DNA of 28,208 nucleotides from Fimbriimonadaceae bacterium (GTDB lineage Bacteria > Armatimonadota > Fimbriimonadia > Fimbriimonadales > Fimbriimonadaceae). This document shows, piece by piece, positions 24,732-28,208 of the stretch. The first letter of the stretch is position 1. The number at the start of each line of letters is the position of its first letter. The notes under the pieces are model-generated. The model saw nothing but the letters and a program-made list of their open reading frames with translations. It did not search any database and was not told the origin of the DNA. The stretch covers positions 1-28,208 of the forward strand of contig JADZBW010000091.1 of assembly GCA_020851885.1 (NCBI GenBank). The letters are read 5' to 3'. Made by a program: the position numbers and the translations under genes.

Positions 24732-25348
24732 TTCGTTCTTACCTTGGCGGCCACTCGTCTTCTTGCCGCCTTTGCCTGAGCGTGTCTCGCCTTTCGATCC
24801 GCCATCTTGAGCAGCGAGTCGATCTGAATCCAAATGCAACCCTGCCAATCCCTACGAGCGACGACCATCTCTTTCTCAGCCCATCTCATGACCGTCGTTC
24901 GGTGAAACCCGATCATGTACGCCGCCATTGCGAGGCTGATGCAGGCCTGGCTCAGCATCTTCGACGGAACGTCCGGGGTTGGATCGAATGGATCATCTTC
25001 GAGCTCGATGTCCAGCAGATCGCAGAAGTCCTTCACCTGAATTGGCCAAGCGTCGAAGCCGGGAATCTCGTCGCCGAAGGACTCTGCGGCGGCTCGCAAT
25101 GACTCCTCGTAATACGGATATGGCAGCGAACGAATCACCCTCACGAATGCTTCGTACTTAGGGGATGATCGCTCGCGATCCTGGCGGTCCATGCGGCTTG
25201 GGCCTATCCTGCCAACGTGAGGCCGGATGTAGTCGAAATAGGCTTTTACGATTCGCTTCGCTCTCCAGACGTCTTGGTCGATCGCTGTTTGCTGCATCCT
25301 TGCTGACTCCTTGGGTTTGGAAAATGGGAGAACGAGAACTGCGCTCAT
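24728..25348 (-). CDS. Hypothetical protein with C-terminal excisionase/MerR-like HTH (206 aa); possible late regulator
   Basis: ISLAMAAYMIGFHRTTVMRWAEKEMVVARR..IWIQIDSL; ATGA-coupled. Confidence 0.65.
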   Translation of the reverse strand: MSAVLVLPFSKPKESARMQQTAIDQDVWRAKRIVKAYFDYIRPHVGRIGPSRMDRQDRERSSPKYEAFVRVIRSLPYPYYEESLRAAAESFGDEIPGFDAWPIQVKDFCDLLDIELEDDPFDPTPDVPSKMLSQACISLAMAAYMIGFHRTTVMRWAEKEMVVARRDWQGCIWIQIDSLLKMADRKARHAQAKAARRRVAAKVRTK

Positions 25349-25998
25349 GCCGCCACCTTCGGCTTTCGGTAGCCCTTCTCGAACTCCCACATGCGGTAGT
25401 AAGCGCACTTCAAAATGTGGCTGACTGTGCCGGGCTCCACCTTCTGCGATTGCTTCAGGTTCGGAGCCTTGATGATCTCGCGGACCCTTCCGTTATTCCA
25501 CTGGCATGGCTCGATTGAGAACAGGCCCGCATACGGAGGAATCTCAGATTTCAGCTTTTCGGCAAGCTCATGGGGCATGGCGAACCAATAACGCCTGCAG
25601 TGGTGAGGCGAGCAATTGCGCCAGTCACGAAGCGAATGCACTTGCCCACGATAGGACAACTTGTCGGTCTCATCGGAGGCGAGTGCTTCCTCCCATTCGT
25701 CGAGGGCATCGGTCGGTAGCCCACGATTCACAAAGTAGGCTCTCGACCCAATTGGCCTATAAAGAGTCTTGGGCTTTCCTGTCTGGAGAATCTTGTGCTT
25801 TAGGCCTTTATTCTTGAACTCAGCCCGGAAGTCCGCAAGGCTAATCTTGACCTCGATCTCTTCGGCCCAACCCGAATCTCTGACAACCACAAGGTCCGCC
25901 TCCCATCCAACCAAACCATTCGCATAGTTGGGAAGCACAATGTTCCGGTTGTAATCGAACCGTGTGGCCAATCTCTGGGCAATGTCGCTTCCAGTCAT
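25345..25998 (-). CDS. MmcB-like PD-(D/E)XK nuclease (217 aa)
   Basis: EADLVVV..EIEVKISLADFRAE, RYWFAMP, IPPYAGL motifs. Confidence 0.7.
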   Translation of the reverse strand: MTGSDIAQRLATRFDYNRNIVLPNYANGLVGWEADLVVVRDSGWAEEIEVKISLADFRAEFKNKGLKHKILQTGKPKTLYRPIGSRAYFVNRGLPTDALDEWEEALASDETDKLSYRGQVHSLRDWRNCSPHHCRRYWFAMPHELAEKLKSEIPPYAGLFSIEPCQWNNGRVREIIKAPNLKQSQKVEPGTVSHILKCAYYRMWEFEKGYRKPKVAA

Positions 25999-26915
25999 GC
26001 CGCTTCCGCCTGCTGATCGCAATACTTCTCCCAGCTTCGATCTACCGGGAGCCTGCGTTTCTCAAACCATCCGATAGCGTCGAACGGTCTGGATCGGTCT
26101 GGTTCGTAGTACCTGGCGACATCGGAGCCGTCAGGGCAATGGAGCACGTAATCGACCCCGGCCAGTGGCTTCGTATGGCTTGGAATCGCCTGATTGGGCG
26201 CATTCGGGTCCGGGATCTCGTAACTCTCGGTCCAACGCTCCTGGTTGAGCCATGTTGTCATTTGGCAAACGAGCCGCGTGCCGACGTCGCCGGTGGCGGT
26301 GACGAACTCGCGGTATCGCCTTGCACCATCGATCACCTGGGAAGCTAGGGCAGGCTTACCGAAGGTTTTGCGAAGGTGTTCCCGGCGAGCTTTGGCCTTG
26401 CACAAGTCCCCGAGCCGTTTGGGATACTCCGCTGCAAACTCCTCGAACAACTCATCGGCGGTCTTTGCCGCCATAACATGATGGTTACTGGATGGTTCTA
26501 AGGACGGTTCTTCCTTATAGGGGGGTGCAGGGGGGAATGTCGCAGATGTCAGGGGTTGGGGTGCCAATTTGTCAGGGGTCTGTGTCTCAGATGTCAGGGG
26601 TGTCAGATTGTCAGGGGTGTCAGATTGACAGGGCTGACGTTTTGTCAGGGGTGTCAGATTGACAGGGGGCAATCGGTAGATCGTCTTCTTTCCAGGTCTT
26701 GCCTCTTGGACCTGGAGGAACCCCTCATCGATCAGGGTCTTGATGATCCGGTAGACCTCTCGCTCTGAGTAGTTGGTCTTCTTGGCGATCGACGCAATAC
26801 CGGGATAGATATTCATTCCGTCGTGGTCGGCATGGTCGGCAAGGGCCAGTAACACGAACTTGTGGTTCGGAGGCATCTCGATATTCCAGACACGACCCAT
26901 GGCATGAACGCTCAT
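25995..26915 (-). CDS. Phage replication initiator with N-terminal winged HTH (306 aa)
   Basis: KFVLLALADHAD..YPGIASIAKKT..SEREV; linker carrying iterons; C-terminal FEEF..YPKR..TWLNQERW domain. Confidence 0.85.
   Translation of the reverse strand: MSVHAMGRVWNIEMPPNHKFVLLALADHADHDGMNIYPGIASIAKKTNYSEREVYRIIKTLIDEGFLQVQEARPGKKTIYRLPPVNLTPLTKRQPCQSDTPDNLTPLTSETQTPDKLAPQPLTSATFPPAPPYKEEPSLEPSSNHHVMAAKTADELFEEFAAEYPKRLGDLCKAKARREHLRKTFGKPALASQVIDGARRYREFVTATGDVGTRLVCQMTTWLNQERWTESYEIPDPNAPNQAIPSHTKPLAGVDYVLHCPDGSDVARYYEPDRSRPFDAIGWFEKRRLPVDRSWEKYCDQQAEAA
26547..26676. repeat. Iteron cluster / putative replication origin inside the initiator gene
   Basis: TG(T/A)CAGGG at 26547, 26570, 26592, 26609, 26626, 26643, 26660; the last five have an exact 17-bp period. 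Confidence 0.8.
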
Positions 26916-26940
26916 CGGTTGCCTCCAGCTGAGTTACTCA

Positions 26941-27213
26941 TCAAAGAGCACCCCCCCCGAACGTCAGTTGCTGTTCCTCGCCCAACTTCTTGCTCCTTGC
27001 CCTACGGTCGGCCTTTGTGCCGTGGCCGGTGATCACGCTTCGGTTCTCGATCACGTGAAGCGTCACCGTGTTGCCATCGTCGATCACGTACCAAGCAATG
27101 CGCTTCTTGTTGGCCCTGGCTCGCGCGCGCTTATGGGCGTGGCTTGCGCTCAGATGTCCGGAAGTCCAACCTTCGCCGTCGACATGCAGCCCAATGGAAA
27201 GAGCCCAACTCAT
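26941..27213 (-). CDS. Hypothetical protein (90 aa)
   Basis: ATGA-coupled to the methylase gene; basic. Confidence 0.6.
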   Translation of the reverse strand: MSWALSIGLHVDGEGWTSGHLSASHAHKRARARANKKRIAWYVIDDGNTVTLHVIENRSVITGHGTKADRRARSKKLGEEQQLTFGGGAL

Positions 27214-27626
27214 TGCAGGCTCCCGAAGATAACGACCACAGACCCCGTAAATGGAACACCCCTCGATCCTCCGAACTTCAATTTCCCTTTTAGGAATTCA
27301 ACAGCACCGTATTCAAGCGCAAGGTGAAACCACTCGGTAGCTGTGTGCGATGGAAGCAGCATCACAACACGTTCGGCATTCCCGTCCTCCACCTCTGCCC
27401 GTGCTTTTCTCACCCAGTCAATCAGTCGCCTATACGGTGGATTGCACCAGACGACACCGAACCAAGGCTTCGTTAAAGCGTTATCTTCAACCGTCATATA
27501 TCGAGCGCACTTCGCATTTAGTGCAGACGCCGCAACATCTAAATCGAACGGCCCATATCTTGCGCTGAGATCCGAGAACGTCTCATCGGGTGTGTACCAC
27601 TCGTCGCGTAAGAGCATCTGACTCAC
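27210..27626 (-). CDS. Phage Dam-family DNA N6-adenine methyltransferase (138 aa)
   Basis: DEWYTP, FDLDVAAS..NAKC, catalytic WCNPPY, VMLLP. Confidence 0.9.
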   Translation of the reverse strand: MSQMLLRDEWYTPDETFSDLSARYGPFDLDVAASALNAKCARYMTVEDNALTKPWFGVVWCNPPYRRLIDWVRKARAEVEDGNAERVVMLLPSHTATEWFHLALEYGAVEFLKGKLKFGGSRGVPFTGSVVVIFGSLQ

Positions 27627-27820
27627 GCTGCTCCCTCCGTCCTTTCCAAAAGCGCCAATGAATCGACCCGGGACCGCTCAGCCCTTGCGAGTGCCGCCAG
27701 TTTGCGGTCGTGCACGTCATGGCAATACTCCGATGGGTTAAGAGTCGCGCCGATCTCGATGCCCTCGCGAAGCCCAGCAAAGTAGGCTTCGACTTGCTCG
27801 GCAGTTGTGAATCGGTTCAT
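27623..27820 (-). CDS. Hypothetical protein (65 aa)
   Basis: MNRFTTAEQVEAYFAG...; AGGAG SD and overlapping start/stop junctions at both ends. Confidence 0.6.
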   Translation of the reverse strand: MNRFTTAEQVEAYFAGLREGIEIGATLNPSEYCHDVHDRKLAALARAERSRVDSLALLERTEGAA

Positions 27821-28203
27821 GCTGTCACTCCTTTCGGCCCTACCAATATGGAATCGGGCAAGGGATACGAGAACTGCGGACATCGCCACAGATGGAGGCA
27901 ATACGGATGGTAATTCACATACTCCGACTCGGGAGGGTGGAATTGGACCACCGTCTCCTCTTTGTCCCAAAAGAGGTCCTTGACGAAGCACATCTCTTCC
28001 CAGGTCGGACACCTCTGAGCATTCTCTATCGACACAGAGGCATGCTCCCAGCCGGTGTCCACCGCATCGGAAGCGATGATCCTGACGATCTCGTTGCCTC
28101 TGACAACGCGGAAAAGGCCGTTGTTGCCGTCCATCGGCGTCGATCTCCATGGACCCGTGGCGACTCGGCTGCTTTCAAGTGCGGGATGCGTAATTCGTCT
28201 CAT
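27817..28203 (-). CDS. Conserved phage hypothetical protein (128 aa)
   Basis: WEHASVS..RCPTWEEMC.VKDLFW..QFHP..YVN.HPYCLHLW, a motif series common in phage early regions. Confidence 0.75.
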   Translation of the reverse strand: MRRITHPALESSRVATGPWRSTPMDGNNGLFRVVRGNEIVRIIASDAVDTGWEHASVSIENAQRCPTWEEMCFVKDLFWDKEETVVQFHPPESEYVNYHPYCLHLWRCPQFSYPLPDSILVGPKGVTA

Positions 28204-28208
28204 GCCGC

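Noticed and set aside
1..28208. Integrase, att site, tRNA, reverse transcriptase or additional cas genes; host assignment
   Set aside because: None recognisable in this window. Temperate lifestyle is suggested only by gene order, and the host can be inferred only as probably diderm.

Overview
A roughly 28 kb segment of a tailed dsDNA phage or prophage (siphovirus-like, HK97-fold head, lambdoid gene order) with almost all genes on the minus strand. Read right to left it contains: early/replication genes (phage Dam-type N6-adenine methylase, HTH replication initiator with internal iterons, MmcB-like nuclease); a ~690 bp structured non-coding region with a promoter and two terminators; a lysis cassette (NlpC/P60 endolysin, two holin-like proteins, small OM beta-barrel-like protein); terS/terL, portal, a MuF-metallopeptidase fusion, protease, capsid, neck and tail tube; a frameshifted tail chaperone, tape measure and tail tip genes; and a truncated 18-aa-repeat protein at the left edge. 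The standout is a cassette inserted in the tail operon (9535-10617). It holds a stand-alone RAMP/Cas7-like gene followed directly by 25 perfectly phased GGY-NN pentamers and a C(UUCG)G hairpin, plus a divergent ribbon-helix-helix regulator and a 15-bp inverted-repeat operator. This looks like a minimal non-CRISPR RNA-guided system with a gapped dinucleotide code (resembling VIPR-type systems, from my recollection). All calls are by eye; no searches were run and the host is not identified.
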